Source: Ginglymostoma cirratum
Taxonomy: Eukaryota
Reading direction: 5' to 3'
Length of the DNA stretch: 64,000 nucleotides
NCBI GenBank assembly: GCA_024137785.1
Contig: JAHRHZ010000027.1
Span: 164,368-228,367, forward strand
Part shown: positions 24,316-38,929 of the stretch, piece by piece
Numbering within the stretch: position 1 is the stretch's first letter
Layout: the number at the start of each line of letters is the position of its first letter
Program-made: the position numbers and the translations under genes
The notes under the pieces: generated by a model
The model's input: only the letters and a program-made list of their open reading frames with translations
The model's database searches: none
Told to the model about the DNA's origin: nothing

Positions 24316-25794
24316 AGAGGCTTTGACTTCACAAATTCACTTGCTGTAGAGGTTTGGTTTGTTATTCATACATGAGATGTGGGGATTGCTGGTTGGTCAG
24401 CATTTATTGCCTGTCTCTAGTTGCCCTTGAGAAGTTAGTGATGAGCTGCCTTCTTGAACCGCTGCAGTCCATGTACCATAAAGATACCCATAATGCCTTC
24501 AGGGAGGAAGTTCTAGGATTTAGACCCAGTAACACTGTTTGAATGGGGATCTGTGTGGCCAGGGGCTGCTTCATGAGCAGGTGAGAATATTACTTGGTAG
24601 GGTTGTATGCCAACAGTTCGTAGTTGTTTATCTGTGGTTAGGATCTGTTTATTTGCAATAAATAGCAAACCTTGTTAAATGCAGCAACTTGGGACATCTG
24701 TCCTATTCAAGTCTAAACAGACAGGTAATTTGGAGAATGTTTGCATATTTTGACAAAACCGCTAACTTTTGTGGTGACTCTGGGAACAGGGGTTTTGATT
24801 TTCAGTGATCTGCCTCAGCGAGGCATGAGATTTCTATCCAGAAATATGAGAATTGCTATATGTTGAACAGAAAGTGGTTGTCTTAGATTGTCTTCATTAC
24901 AATCTGGGATCCTTTACTGAACTGGATGACCTTTCATTTCATCTATTTTCTTTTGTCGAGAGCATCCACCCTGCCAGAGCAGATGCCTTTTTCTTTGTAG
25001 CATCTTGAATTTTTAGACATCGCTTATCTCTTCTTCTTTGTGTCTTCCAGGGAGTTTTGTACACTGCAACTCCAATTTGTATCAGTGGATTTTTGCTCTC
25101 AATTCACATATTTATCTGCACTGAAGCAGATAGACATTTTCCTCCAACCTTTTGATTAGTTTGGACTTTTTGTTCATCATCAATGATTCAGTTATTGTAG
25201 AAATTGTCTGCTTCCGTGCTGTACAGTTCCATGACTCTACAAATCAATTTCTTGTCTTCCTCACCTGTCTTAACTGAAGACTCCTACTTTTTGAGATGAT
25301 GTCCATTATGTTTGTGGAGAGTCTTCTTTAAAAGATGGGGAGGTCAGATATTCTACTTGACACTCTCCCTGCATAGTCACCTCAGAATCTAACATGTAAC
25401 TTTAATTTGCTGTACGTAATTGTTCATTCTGCTGTGTTGGAATATGACTCAATTCAGTCTCAGTTGTGTCAATTATCTCAAGTGGTTGCGTCTTTGTTTT
25501 CCTTATTTCTTGAACTTAGTTGGCAATTAGAATTTGAACTCCTTTCTGTGTTAGTAACAGTTGATTTATTTTGCTAAACCAGAATAATCACAGCTTTTCA
25601 TCTTTTTGACAGTACAAAACAAGCTTTTATTCCAATTTAATTAACTTTGGGGGATTCTGCTTTGTCTTTAGGTTCCACCATTATCTTATAGAGCCCCTTA
25701 AAATGCTCTCCCGGCCTTTTTTTTTTGCTTGATTTTTCCAGGCTTTGCTTTGTCCAGCTACTCCATGACATTTTGATGTTTGACCATACGGTCA

Positions 25795-28200
25795 TAGAGT
25801 CAGAGAATAATACAACATGGGAACAGGTCCTTTGGCCCAAACTGGCCCATGCTTCCCTCAGCTAGTTCCAATTGCCCACATTTAGTCCATATCCCTCTAA
25901 ACCCTTCTCATCTATGTACCTATCCAAATGTTTTGAAACGTTGCTATTGTACCTGCCTCAACCATTTTCTCCGGCAGCCCATTCCATATCGACACAACTT
26001 TCTGTGTGAAGAAATTGCCCCTCACATCCTTTATAAATCTCTCTCCTTTCTCACCTTAAACCAATAGCCTCTAGTTTTCAATTCCCTATCCATTGGAAAA
26101 AGGCTATATGCTTTCATCCTATCTATGTCCCTCAAGATTTTATACACCTCAATAAGGTCACCCCTCATTCTCCTACGTTCCAAGGAATGAAGTCCTAACC
26201 TGGCCAACCTCTCCCTATAATGCAGGACCACTAGTCCTGGAAGCATCCTAGTATGTCTTTTTTGCACACTTTCCAATTTCTTTGCACACTTTCCAGTTTA
26301 ACTATGTCTTTCCTATAACAGAGTGACCAAAACTGTACACAATATTCTAAATGCAGCCTCATCAATGACTTATACGACTATAACATAACATCCCAACTCC
26401 TATACTCAATGCCTTCTTCACCACCCTGACTACATGTGACACTGCTTTCAATGAACTATGTACTCGTACTCCTAGGTCCCTCTGTTCCACAACACTCCTC
26501 AGAACCTTACCATTTACTGTATAAGTCCTACCTCGGTTTGAATTTCAAAAATGCAAAACCTCACACATATCTGTATTGAATTGCATTTGCCAATCCTCAG
26601 CCTACTTCCCCATCTGATCAAGATCCCTCTATAATTCTTGATAACCTTCTTCACTATCAATTATACCTCTGAATTTTGTGTCATCCACAAACTTACTAAT
26701 CATGCCTTATACATTCACATCTCGATCATTTAGGTAAATAACAAATAACAAAGGTCCCAGCACCAAAACCTGTGGCCTACCACTAGTCACAGGCCTCCAA
26801 CCCGAGAAACAATTGCCAACCATCGCCCTCCGCTTCCTACAATTGAGCCAGTTTTGCATACAAATAGCGAACTCTCCCTGGGTCCCATTCAACCTAACTT
26901 TCATGACTAGCTTGCCCTGCGAGACCCTGTCAAAGGCCTTACTGAAGTCCATATGGACAACATCCACTGTCCTACCCTCATCTATCCTCTTGTTTACATC
27001 TTCAAAAAACTTTAAAAGATTTGTCAGAGTTGACTTCCTGTGCACAAATTCACGCTAACTATCCATAGTCAGACCTTGACTATCCAAATATTGGTCAATC
27101 CTGTCTCCCAGTATCCTCTCCATTAACTTGCCTACCACTGATATCAAGCTTACTGGGATGTAGTTCCCTGGCTTGTCTTTGCTACCTTTCTTAAACAATG
27201 GATCAACATTAGCCACCCTCCAGTCTTGCAGAACTTCCCCAGTGGCTAAAGATAAAGCAAAAATCCCTACAAGGGCATCTGTAATTTCTTCTCTGGCCTC
27301 CCACAATGTCCGAGGATGGATTTGATCAGACCAAGGGGATTTATCCACCTTAGTGCACTTTAAGGCTACAAACACCTCCTCTCTGGTAACATGTATGTGG
27401 TCCAAAACATCTACAATTGTTTCTCTGATTTCCTTAGCATCCATGATTCTCTCCTCAGTAAACACCAAGGAGAAATATTCATTAAAAATCTCTCCCATCT
27501 CCTGTCGCTCCACACATAGACAGCCATGCTGATCTTTAAGGGGACCTATTCTCTCCCTAGCCACCATTTTGCTCTTAATTTAGCTTTGGAATTTTTTGAG
27601 ATTACCTTTAACCTTATCTGCCGATCAATCTCATACCCTCTTTTTGCTCTTCTGATTTCCTTCTTAAGTGTGCTCCTACACTTTATATAGTCATCTAGGG
27701 ATTCTCTTGAGCCTGATAGCTTAAACCCAATGTATGCCTTCTTCTTTTCCCTGACCAGAGCCACAATATCCCTCGTCAGCCAGGGATCCCTAAACCTGCC
27801 AGCTTTTCCCTTCACTCTAACAGGGACATACTGTCCCTGGACTCTTGATATCATACTTTTAAAAGCCTCCCATTTGCCAGTTGTTCCTTTTCCTTCAAAC
27901 AGACTAAATCGACCTCTGCTAGATCCTGCCTAATGGACCCAAAATTGGCCCTGCTCCAGTTTAGCACCTTAACCTGTGGACCTGTCCTATCTTTTTCCAT
28001 AATTATGTTAAAACAAAGACAGTTATGGTCATTGGACCCAAAGTGGTCTCCAAATGACACTTCAGTCACTTGCCCAATCTTATTTCCTAAGAGGAGGTCC
28101 AGTGATGTACCGTCCCGAGTATGGTCCTCTATGTATTGATTTAGGAATCTTTCTTGGACATGTTTGACAAATTCCACCCCATCCACCATTTCAATCATTC
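25795..28200 (-). mobile_element. CR1 LINE (endonuclease end plus RT), decayed
   Basis: LDLLLGN...GSNDHN, KPGNYIPVSL, DFSKAFDRV, and a 3' tandem tail. Confidence 0.92.
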
Positions 28201-28304
28201 CATCACTTCCACTGTTTGAATGAGATTCAGGTCGGGCATTCCTTTCTGCTCAGATTAAGAATCCCTGATACAATACTGTGTTTTCTAAAGTGCGTAATAC
28301 TATA

Positions 28305-28425
28305 ATCTGATGAAGGGTCACTGGACTCGAAACATTAGCTCTGTTTTCTCTCTACAGACGATGCCAGTCCTACTTTGTTTCTCCAGCATTGTCTGTTTTT
28401 ATTTTGGATTTCCAGCATCTGCAAG
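28305..28425 (+). mobile_element. Penelope terminal fragment with hammerhead-like core (third family)
   Basis: CTGATGAagggtcactggactcGAAACATT, probable CpG decay of GAAACGTT; related fragments at about 33580, 34890 and 54080. Confidence 0.6.
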
Positions 28426-28687
28426 TTTCTATGTTTACTTTTCTAATATTTGATGTTGCCCAAGTTGAAGTGATGCTTATAGCATACTTTTAATGCTAAG
28501 TGTGAAGTCCCCTGGGCCATGTAAATTTTACTTAAGTCAGATATAGTCTGTGTTTAGGCAGCCCAAGGCTCACCGTCTCATCGGATTGTGACACTTCCTG
28601 GTATGTTTAACTTGAAATTCACGAGAATGACAAAACTGTGAGCTTGCCAGAAGATTTGGTCAGGTCACCAACATCCCCTAGGAAAAT

Positions 28688-29681
28688 GAGATAACAAGGC
28701 GTGGGGCTGGATGAACACAGCAGGCCAAGCAGCATCATAGGAGCAGGAAAACTTGACGTTTTGGGCCTAGACCCTTCATCAGAAATGGGGGAGGGGAAGA
28801 GGGTTCTGAAATAAATAGGGAGAGAGGGGGAGGTGGATAGAGGATGGATAAAGGCGAAGATAGGTGGAGAGAAGACAGACAAGTCGAAGAGGCGGGGATG
28901 GAGCCAGTAAAGGTGAGTGTAGGTGGGGGGGCTAGGGAGGAGATAGATCAGTCCAGAGAGGACGGACAGGTCAAGGGGGCGGGATGATGTTAGTAGATAG
29001 GAGATGGGGGTGGGGCTTGAGGTGGGAGGAGGGGATAGGTGAGAGGAAAAACAGGTTAGGGAGGTGGAGATGAGCTGGGCTGGTTTTGGGATGTGGTTGG
29101 GGGTGGTGAGATTTTGAAGCTTGTGAAATCCACATTGATACCATTGGGCTGCAGGGTTCCCAGGCTGAATATGATTTGCTGTTCCTGCAGCCTTCACGTG
29201 GCATCACTGTGGCATTGCAGGAGGCCAAGGATGGACATGTCATCTGAGGAATGGGAGGGGGAGTTGAAATGGTTCGCGACTGGGAGGTGCAGTTGTTTGT
29301 TGCGAACTGAGCGCAGGTGTTCTGCAAAGCGGTCCCCAAGCCTCCGCTTGGTTTCCCCGATGTAGAGGAAGCCACAACGGGTACAGCGGATGCAGTATAC
29401 CACATTGGCAGATGTGCAGGTGAACATCTGCCTGATGTGGAAAGTCTTCTTGGGGCCTAGGATTGGGGTGAGGGAGGAGGTGTGGAGGCAGGTGTAGCCT
29501 GCGGTTGCAGGGAAAAGTGCCGGGTGTGGTGGGGCTGGAGGGGAGTGTGGAGCGGACAAGGGAGTCTAGGCCCGAAACGTCAAGCTTTCCTGCTCCTATG
29601 ATGCTGCTTGGTCTGCTATGTTCATCCAGCCCCACACCTTGTTATCTCGGATTCTCCAGCATCTGCAGTTCCTTTTATCTC
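28688..29681 (-). mobile_element. Truncated Penelope-like element (GIY-YIG) with inverted terminal copy and TSD
   Basis: ANVVYCIRCTRCGFLYIGETKRRLGDRFAEHL; terminal sequence repeated in inverted orientation at 29564-29681; TSD ccctaggaaaat at 28676-28687 and 29682-29693. Confidence 0.92.
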
Positions 29682-32459
29682 CCCTAGGAAAATGTTGGGT
29701 TTGTCTTCTACAGCTGAATTATCTAACTTGTTTACCTCTTTGAATGGGAAATTCTTTGATCTTTTGCTTTGTTTTGGCTGTGTTGATCTTTGATACATTT
29801 TCTGAAGGAGATACATTGACTCGAATACCATTTAGTTCCAAATCTGGCCACTGTTTGTGCTTCTCAGTTTTTGATGCACCACAATGTTGGCAAGGACTTC
29901 TAGTAATCGTCCTAACCACTGCATTGGCTTATCATTTGTCACTTTTCTGATTGTATACATTAAGAATAGAATGAATTCCAAAGGTCTAACAATGTCAAGT
30001 TTGATCTTCTGCCCTGAAGATTGACTAGTGTTCAATTTTAATAAAGGTTCACCAGTAATGGCTATAAAGAATTGGTCCCTTATGGACTCTAACATTAAGT
30101 CACCATTGTCATACTTCTTCTCTAGTTTGTAGCAATCGTAAACAAAATCATTAATGATTCTTCTGCAGGCTGTATTCCTCTGTTAGATCACAATATTCCA
30201 AGAATTTTACCAGTTCCAAGGTGTAAAAATTGTTAAAGGCTTTCAATATCTCTGCTAATGTTTGTGTTGTTTTTCCTTTTCCCTTTTACTGAGTTATATC
30301 ATCATTGGTTGTATTCCCAAATATTTTTTCTACAGCACTGAAAAAGCCCCTTTTGTCCGTCGCATCCACGCTGGTCAGAAACAAGCATCTAACCATTCTA
30401 ATCCCATTTTCCATCACCTGGCTTACAGCTTTGGCATTGCAAGTGCACACCTAAATACTTTTTTAAATGCTGTAAGTGTTCCTGCTTCTAAAATCTTTCC
30501 AGGCAGTGAGATGCAGTTTCCCAGCATCCCCTGGGTGAAAATCTTCTTCCTCATTTCTCCTTTAAACCTTCTGTTCCTCCCTATAAATCTCTGCCCATAG
30601 TCATTGATCCCTCCATCAAGGGGAAAAATTTCTTCCTGTCTACGTTAGCTGTATCCCTCATAATTTTGTACATCTCAACCATGTGCCCTCTCAATCTCCT
30701 CTGCTGTAAGGAAAGCATCACCAGTGTTATTTCATCCTTTCGCTTATTTACAGATTATATAAATAGGCTCAACATTACAACAAAATCTGTTGGGACGAGT
30801 AAGCCTGAGGTCTGAGACACACCAGATCCTGCTTTAGTCTCTCACCTCAAGGCATCATCAAGGTGTGTGGTGCACATTGTATTCAATCAAGTACAAAGCC
30901 CTTCAACCCCATTCAGGCCCAATTCCAATATTAACTATTGAGGAAAGCTGTTGGTTTTACTGATGATGGGTAAGGTCCCTTGATCCGCTGAGAATTACAG
31001 CACACACCAGGTTCCCCATGCTCCGTACTCCCTCTCTCCATTACCCTCACCCTGAAAGACTCTACCTTTCTCCTGGATGATCCTTTGTACTGGGAGGCCT
31101 TGGGGGGGTGTCATTGTCCTTTCAACAGACATTACCTTCCTGGTGACACTGCCTGCTTCTGATTGGCCAGGAGCTCTCAACAGCTGGGGCATTCCTATCC
31201 TGGTTCCAAATTCCAGCAGAAAGCCCACCAGGAGCCAATCAGCCCCCTGAAAACTAGATAACTCGAAAGGCTTTCCCACCCTTACAGAAAGTGGGATTCT
31301 CTCCTGTAATCACTCCTATAAAACATGAACTTATTTTGAAACTGGAACATTCCTGACTCTTTGCCAGATATTTCTCAACTTTAATTGTTATGGTAGGTTC
31401 TGTTATTTTCTATGGTTGGATTTGAAACTTGTGTTTGTGGGGAGTCAATGAAGCAAATTCTTAAAAAAATTCTGAACTCTGTCTCCAGGAGTCACATGGG
31501 AACAGAATTAACTCAGGAAATTAATACATTTATTATTAAATACGAGAGATTATTTATGTCGACTTTAACATGGTTTTTAACAAAAGAAAATTCATTCTGT
31601 GTCAGGACTAGACAGGGTAAACGCAAAAAAGATGTTCCCAATGATCAGAGCATTCGCAAACAGGTCGCAGTCTAAGGATAGGACTAGGCCATTTTGTCGG
31701 GAGATCAGGAGAAATGACTTCACCCAGACAATGCTGAGCTTTTGGAATTCTCTGCTGCAGAAAGCAGCTGAGATCAAAACATTGAAAGATTTCAGGAAGG
31801 AATTAGATATTGTTCTAATGGTTAAAAGGATCTAAGGGCATGGCGAGAAAGTAGGAACAGGGGACTGAGTTGGATAATCAGCCACGATCGCATTGAATGA
31901 AGGTGCAGGCTTGAGGGGCCGAATGGCCTATTCCCACCCCTTTATTCTACATTTCTAAACAGACATTTCACTTCAGGGTGAGGTTAAAAATAACATAACA
32001 TTCACAGCTGGGGATAGAAAGGTACAAAAGCTGGTAAATTAGCACATTAGGTGAAAGGATCAGAACTGATAGCAGCTGGGAATAAGTTGTATTTCTGCTG
32101 AAGGCGTGGTTGGTGGGGTGGATCGAGGGGAGGGGATAGGTGGAGATGGAGCCTCAAGAGAGAGATATGAAAGAGAAGAGGCAGAGCGTCCTCGTCTACC
32201 ATCAGCCTCCTCCACCTAGTTGAGCTAATCATCACTTTGAACAACTTCTCCTTCAATTCCTTTCGTTTACTTGCTGCTGGAGGCGAGTACAATTTTGTCA
32301 TATAACAAAACATTTGGACAGGTACATGGATGGGATAGGTATGGAGACCAAATGCAGGAAAATGGGACTAAATTAATTTTGAAAACTGGGGGGCATGGAC
32401 AACTTAGGCCAAGGGATGTGTTTCCATGCTGGAGATCTCTACAACTCTGTGACTGTATG

Positions 32460-33700
32460 ACTGTTCAGGTCAAAGGTATGGACATGGCTGCTCACATAGG
32501 CATCAGTTATGTTGGTCTCTTTGTGGGGGACGTGGAACATTCCTTGTACAATCCTACTCCCATCAAAGCTCTTTCTCCAGTATGTCGATGATATCACCGG
32601 TGTTGCTTCCCTCTCTCATCCGGGATTTGAAACCTTGATCAACTTCACTTCAAATTTTCACCCTGTTCTCACCTTCATCTGGTCTACCTTGGACTCCTCC
32701 CTCCCCTTCCTCAACATCTCTCTTTCCATTTCTGTGGATAGTCTGGCTATCAATATCCACTATAAACCCACTGACCCCACAGTTACCTCAACTATGCATT
32801 CTCACACACTGCTTCCTCTGCAGACTTTATTCCCTTCCCTCTGTATCTCCATCTCCGTCTCTGTTCCAATGATGCCTGCTTCTAGAATGGGATCCAAGAA
32901 ATGTCCACATTCTTTTGTCAGCCCAAGGATTCTCCAGCACCATGGTTGGAAAGGCCCCCCACCCATGTCCAACACAACTTCCACACTTCTGCCTTCGCTC
33001 CTTCTCTTCCCTCCTACAACAACAATAGGGCCCCCTGCATCCTCACCAACCATCCCTCCAGCATCCACATCCAAAGGATCACACGTCACCATTTCTATCA
33101 TCTCCAATGGGATGCCACCACCAGACACATATTCCCCTCCCCTCCTTTGTCAGCTTTTCACAGGGACCATTCCCTCAAGGACAGCCTGGTCCACTCCTCC
33201 TCCACTCCCAACACCCCCACAGCACCTTCCCATGCAATCTCAGAAGGTGTAATACCTGCCCATTTATTTCCTCCCTCCTCACTAATCAAGGTGAAGCGGC
33301 GATTTACCTGCACTTCACACAATCTAGTTTACTGTATTCGCTGCTCACAATGTGGTCTCCTCTACACTGGGGAGATGAAACGCATACAGGGCAAACACTT
33401 TCAGAACGTCTGTGCTCTGTCTGACAATGACTCCAAGCTTCCGTTGCCTCCCACTTCAACACATTACAGTGTTCTCTGGCCAACGTTTCTGTCACAGACT
33501 TCTACCTCCACCCACCTCTACCACCTCCCCACCTTGCCTACAGCATCGCTACCACTTTTTCCAAGCTGCTATCAGTTCAGCTGAAGCGTCACCGGATGTG
33601 AAATATTCAGTCTGCTTTCTTCCCAAAGAAACTGCCAGACCTGTTCAGATTTGGCAGCAATTTCTGGTTTTGTTTCCGATCTCCATCATCAGCTTCTTTG
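32460..33700 (+). mobile_element. Penelope-like element relic (RT plus GIY-YIG)
   Basis: FLQYVDDI, HYKPTD, NLVYCIRCSQCGLLYTGE; frameshifted. Confidence 0.88.
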
Positions 33701-34889
33701 TTTCATTTGACTGTTTGGCGTGACTGTAATGTCTCCTTTGATAAATCCCCATTGGAGCTGGTGGCTCATCCTCTATCACTGGTAACAACGTACGCCTGTC
33801 GTGGGCATCAATTTTAAAGGTTCTTTTGGTAGTGTCCCTCCCTCTGGGATAGAAAGTTAATCTTCATAGATGTGTCTGGACAAGTTGTTTAGAAATACTT
33901 TCCTTTTTAGAAAAGAGTATTTGGGGCTGTCAGTTCAAGTTTGAGTTGGTTCAATGTAATTTGGGTCAATTGTTTTATTTATTTAAATGATAGGAAGGAG
34001 GGTTGGTGGTTGGTCTGAGTGTACGCAGCAGTTGTCTCCAGGAACATTTACCAGGCAGGTACCACCACCAGTGTAGGATCAAGGGTCAGAAATGGTCCTT
34101 CCTCGTAACTATTTTCAAAGGCCACAAGATCCTTCCAAGGTGTACATTTCCCTGGAATTCCAATGTGAAATTTTCTCCTAATTATGTATTTTGCAAATGA
34201 AATCCTTCATTTATTCTCTTGTCTGCGAGCAGGAATTTTGAATTTTATTTTGCATTGGCTGATGCTGATCTTTGCAGTTACTCCAGAGTTCTGAGGTTGT
34301 TGTATCTAGAAAAAAATTGAAGTAATTCCATTCACAAGGCCCCCAAACACTTGTGTGGATCAACCTTCAAATTGCTCAGAGACATGAGCGTCTTCAAGAT
34401 CTTACAAAATTACAATTAAGTTATCTGATACCCTGCTCCACATTGAAGAAGTTATGTACAGCTGGATTACTGCTTGCTTATTTTTAGTTAAAATAGAAAG
34501 AAATTTACATTTGTACAGGGAGAGCAGAAATTACGATATCATTTCACATGATGAAGAAGCCAAACTGTCAACCTCAACTCTTGCAACTTTGAGGCTATTT
34601 TCAATCTATTTAAAGATTTCAATGGTTTTTGAGAGACACAAATGACAAACATATCAGTGTGACACACTGACATGCAAAATGTTGGGTTGTGAAATTGAAT
34701 ATACACAGTATAGCAATTAAACCTCAGGTGGAACATTTGTGTACAGTTCTGGGCCCTGTACCTGAGGAAGGACGTGAATGCATTTTAAAGAATGCAGAAG
34801 AGGTTTATGAGAATGTTTCCAGGGATGATGAACTTGAGATGTGGGGATAGGTTGGATAAGGTGGGCTTGGACAAGGGAAGACTAAAGGG

Positions 34890-36330
34890 AGGAGAAACAG
34901 AAAAAGCCGGAGAAACTCAATGGGTCTGGCAACATCTGTGGAGAGAAGCAGAGTTAACATTTTGGGAGCAGTGTCTTATCTTCAGAACTAACGACTGGGA
35001 AAGGATTAATATATATGAAGACAAGGGGAGAAGAGTTAATGATAGGTGCAGATGGAGCCCAGAGAGAGAGAGAGAGCAGCAGCTGGGCAGACAACGGAAT
35101 GGATAAAGGTGAGTCAGGGAGAAAGAAAAGCTGCCAATGAGGACTATTAGTGGGTGAACATGGGGTGGCTGTATTGAAAGCAGCCCATGTGCTAAGGGCT
35201 GAGGACATGGGTAAAGGACATGGAAGAAGGTGCTCAGGGCCTAAAATTACTGAATTTGATGTTGAATCCTGAAGGTTGCAGGATTCCTAATTGGAAAATG
35301 AGATGCTGTTCTTCCAGTTTGCACTGAGCCTCGCTGGAGCAGGCCTGAGGCAGATATCTAGACCATTGGTATATTGAAGTGGCAGGCAACCAGAAGCTCA
35401 CAGCCATTTTTGAATGTAGATGTTCTGCAAAGTAGTCACCCAGTCTGTGCTCCATTTCACCAATATTGAGGAAACGAGCAGGGAATACAGAAACTAGATT
35501 GAGTGAAGTGCAGTTAAATTGCTGCTTTACCTGGAGGTTGTGTCTGGGGCCTTGGATAATGAGGATGGAGGAAGTAAACAGGCAGGTGGTACACCTTCCG
35601 TGATTGCGGGGGAAGATGGGTGTGTGGGAATGTTGGGAGTGGAAGAAGTGGACCAGAGTGTCCTGCAGCATGCTGACAAGTGAGGGGAGGGGAATATGTA
35701 TCTGGTGGTGGCATCCCATTGGAGGTGGCAGAAATGACGGCTAATGATCCTCTGCATGTTGGTGGGATGGTAGGTGGGAACAATGGGGACCCTATCACTG
35801 CTGTGGGAGGGAAGGTAGAGGGCTGAGGGCTGAAGAGCAGGAGATGGGTTGGACACAGCTGAGGGCCCTGTCACTATGGTGATGGGGAATCCTCTGTTGA
35901 GGAAGACAGTGTGCATTTCGGAGGCCCCTTTTGTCAAAGTTGGCCTCCTCAGGATAGATTTGAGAGAGGCAGAGAAACTGAGAGAACGGAACGGATTAGT
36001 GTCTTTACTGGAAGCAGAGTATGAGGATGTATCGGCCAGGTAACTGTGGGAGTCAGTGGGTTGATGGGGATATTAGTGGTCAGCCTATCCCCAGAAATGG
36101 AAACAAAGATCTTGAGGGAGGAAAGGGAGGAGTCTGAAGTGGACCAGGTAAGTTGAGAGCAGGGTGGAAATTAGAAGCAAAATTGGGCAAGTTTTCCAAT
36201 TCTGAATGAGATAGTGAGACAGCACTGATGATGTCATTGATGTACCGGGGAAAGAGTTGTGGCTGGAGTCCAGGGTAGGACTGGAACAAGGAATATTCTA
36301 GGTATCCCACAAAGAGACAGGCACAACTGG
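34890..36330 (-). mobile_element. Penelope-like element relic
   Basis: FPRYINDI, FLNRGFP, IGEMEHRLGDYFAEHL, KLEEQHLIFQLG. Confidence 0.86.
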
Positions 36331-37848
36331 GGCTTAGCAGGGATCCATGATTCGAAGGGAAATTTGGTAGAGGTTTCTAAAATTGTCAGGGTGGAGTCTG
36401 GACAGAAAAGCCAAGGAGAAATTGTCCCTGCTCATAAATGGATTGAGTACCAGAGGGCCCATTTTTGAAGAGTTTCCAAAAGAAGCAAATCTCATGTAAG
36501 AAGGAAGTTTTCACTCAAGTAGAAGATGGGGTATGGAATGTACTGCCTAGAAGTGTGTTGGAGGAATGTTCAACTGAGACAGCCAGAGCATGAGATGATT
36601 TTCTAATTGGAAACAATAGGGCAGAATCGTCCCAGGCCCTGAATGTCCTGGGGCTATGGTGAAAAATTTGAGAAATTTGGGTGAGATGTCCAATGAAACC
36701 CTTCTCAACATCAAGACCAAAAAGTTAAATTTCCTAAATAAGTGCAGGATGGCGAGAAGAGATTCCCATGAGTGAGTTGGTGAGGGGTGCATTATGTCTT
36801 CATTATTACTTAATCTTGCTTCACGAAATGTAGTCTCCAATTCTACCACTTATTGTATGGAAACTAGACCCTGAGAATTTCTCACATAACTGTCAGCGTG
36901 CTTATCTGATTGCCACTTACTCCTCTTGACCTCTGTCTCGGATATGCAGGTGTCAGTATCTCAGGGCATTCTCCATTGTCAGGAAAAAGCCATCTGATTC
37001 ACAAATATCCATTAGGGAAAGAAATCAGTCATCCTTACCTGGTTTAGCTTACAGGTAACTCCAGACCCACAACAATGTGGTTGATTCTGAACTGCCCTCA
37101 GGGCATTAAATGTTGACTTATTTCGTGACACCCTCATCCTGTGAATGAATTTTTAAAAATCTCACTCTCTGGGCCAGGCAAACTTGATATCATACTTGAC
37201 CACAAAATGATCTTTTGACCTTGAGTCCATGCTGTCACGAAGAAGTCCTTTCTCCAGCTCAGCAATATTGCTCGACTCTGCACCATCTCAGCTCCTCTGC
37301 TGCTACAACCCCATTACAACCAGGTGTGGAGGGGTGATTCAACTGTTCACCCTCTTCAACCTCCTTATTTATGGAGAAGTTGACAGGTTTCATTGTCTTT
37401 GGATAAAATGATAATTTCAGCAAAGGCTGTCTCTGATCTAATCATCGCTTTCATGAAACCTGACCAACCTGAGTGGCCATCTTAAATGATTACTTAGTTG
37501 ACTTTTTGAAACAATTTCAGACCATAAAAGTCCCAAGTATTAAGTTGGTTGGCAGAAATCAAAGCCGATAGTCCATATTTTATATAACTGTGACAAGCTC
37601 ATTCAAGTCTTTTTTATTTCCGGACTTGACTATTCCAATGCAGCCAATCTCCGAGGTTCTGGCTTTGTCCGAATTTGCACAAAGTTTCATTTAACCATCA
37701 CTTTTGTGCTAACTGGCCTATATAAGCTTACAGTTAAACAATGCAACAACTTTAACATTCTCATCCTTGCTTTCAAATCTCTCCAAGGCTGTATCTCCTC
37801 TTAATCATTCTCAGTTTCTCTCACTCAGCAAAACCTCCAATTTCTGGC

Positions 37849-38019
37849 AGAGATAGTAGGAACTGCCGATGCTGGAGTCTGAGATAGCAAGATGTGGAGC
37901 TGGAGGAACACAGTAGGCCAGGCAGCATCAGAGGGTCCAGACCCGAAACGTCAGCTTTCCTGCTCCTCTGATGCTGCCTGGCCTGCTGTGTTCATCCAGC
38001 TCTACACCTTGTTATGTCT
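37849..38019. mobile_element. Fold-back Penelope-terminus mini-element
   Basis: Inverted arms about 37881-37933 and 37966-38018 around a partial hammerhead (cccGAAACGTC); TSD aatttctggc at 37839-37848 and 38020-38029. Confidence 0.8.
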
Positions 38020-38929
38020 AATTTCTGGCCTCTTGTACCTTTCTCACTGTCACATGGACATGGGCTCCAAGGACCCTCCCAGGGCAAAACAAAGAAATGT
38101 AGAAAATCAGAGTGTGTGTAGGCCATTCAGCCCTTTGAACCAGCTGCGCCATTCAATATGGTTGATCATCCAACTCAGTATCCTGTTCCCATTTTCACAC
38201 CAAACCATTTGATCTTTTTAGCCCTAAGAACTATACTTAACTCCTTCATGAAAACATTCACTGTTTTAGCTTTCATGGCAAAGAATTCCACATGCTCACC
38301 ATTCTCTGGGTGAGGACATTTCTCCTCGTCCTAAATGGCCGACCCCATGTCCTTGGGGTGTTATTCATGGTTTTGGAATTCCCAGTGATCGGGAACATCC
38401 TTCCTGTGTTTACCCCTGTCTAGTCCTGTTAGAATTTTATAGATTCCTATGAGATCCATCCCTTCCCCATGCAATTCTCCTAAACTCCAGTGAATTTTGA
38501 AAAGTCAAGTAAATTTCTATCCCTCTCACCAGGACCCAGGTCACATCTCATTCTGGACCTTGAAGCGGAATCGACTTTTCTCTCTGTGTTTATTTTATTT
38601 CACTGCCCACCCCAGTCTTTGACCAGTTCTCACAGTCAAGTGCATTCTGCCATGGCTTTGCCAGCACCCAGATGTACCCCTTTCATGCCAATCGATTTAT
38701 AAGACCCTGAGGACAGAATCGGATAGGGATTAGTTACGTGAATGGGTCAAAATTCAGCAGATGGAGTTTAACATGGATAAGTCTGAGGTTTTTCATTTTG
38801 GCTGGAAGAATAAAAAGGTAACTTATTACTTAAATAGACAGAATTTTCAAAATGTTTCAGTGCAGAGGGATCTCGGCCTCTTCATGCAGAAGTCACAGAA
38901 ACCCAGCATCCAAATACAACAAGTGATAA

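Noticed and set aside
30725-31325. LTR-like segment starting TGTTAT
   Set aside because: No matching inverted end or TSD could be confirmed.
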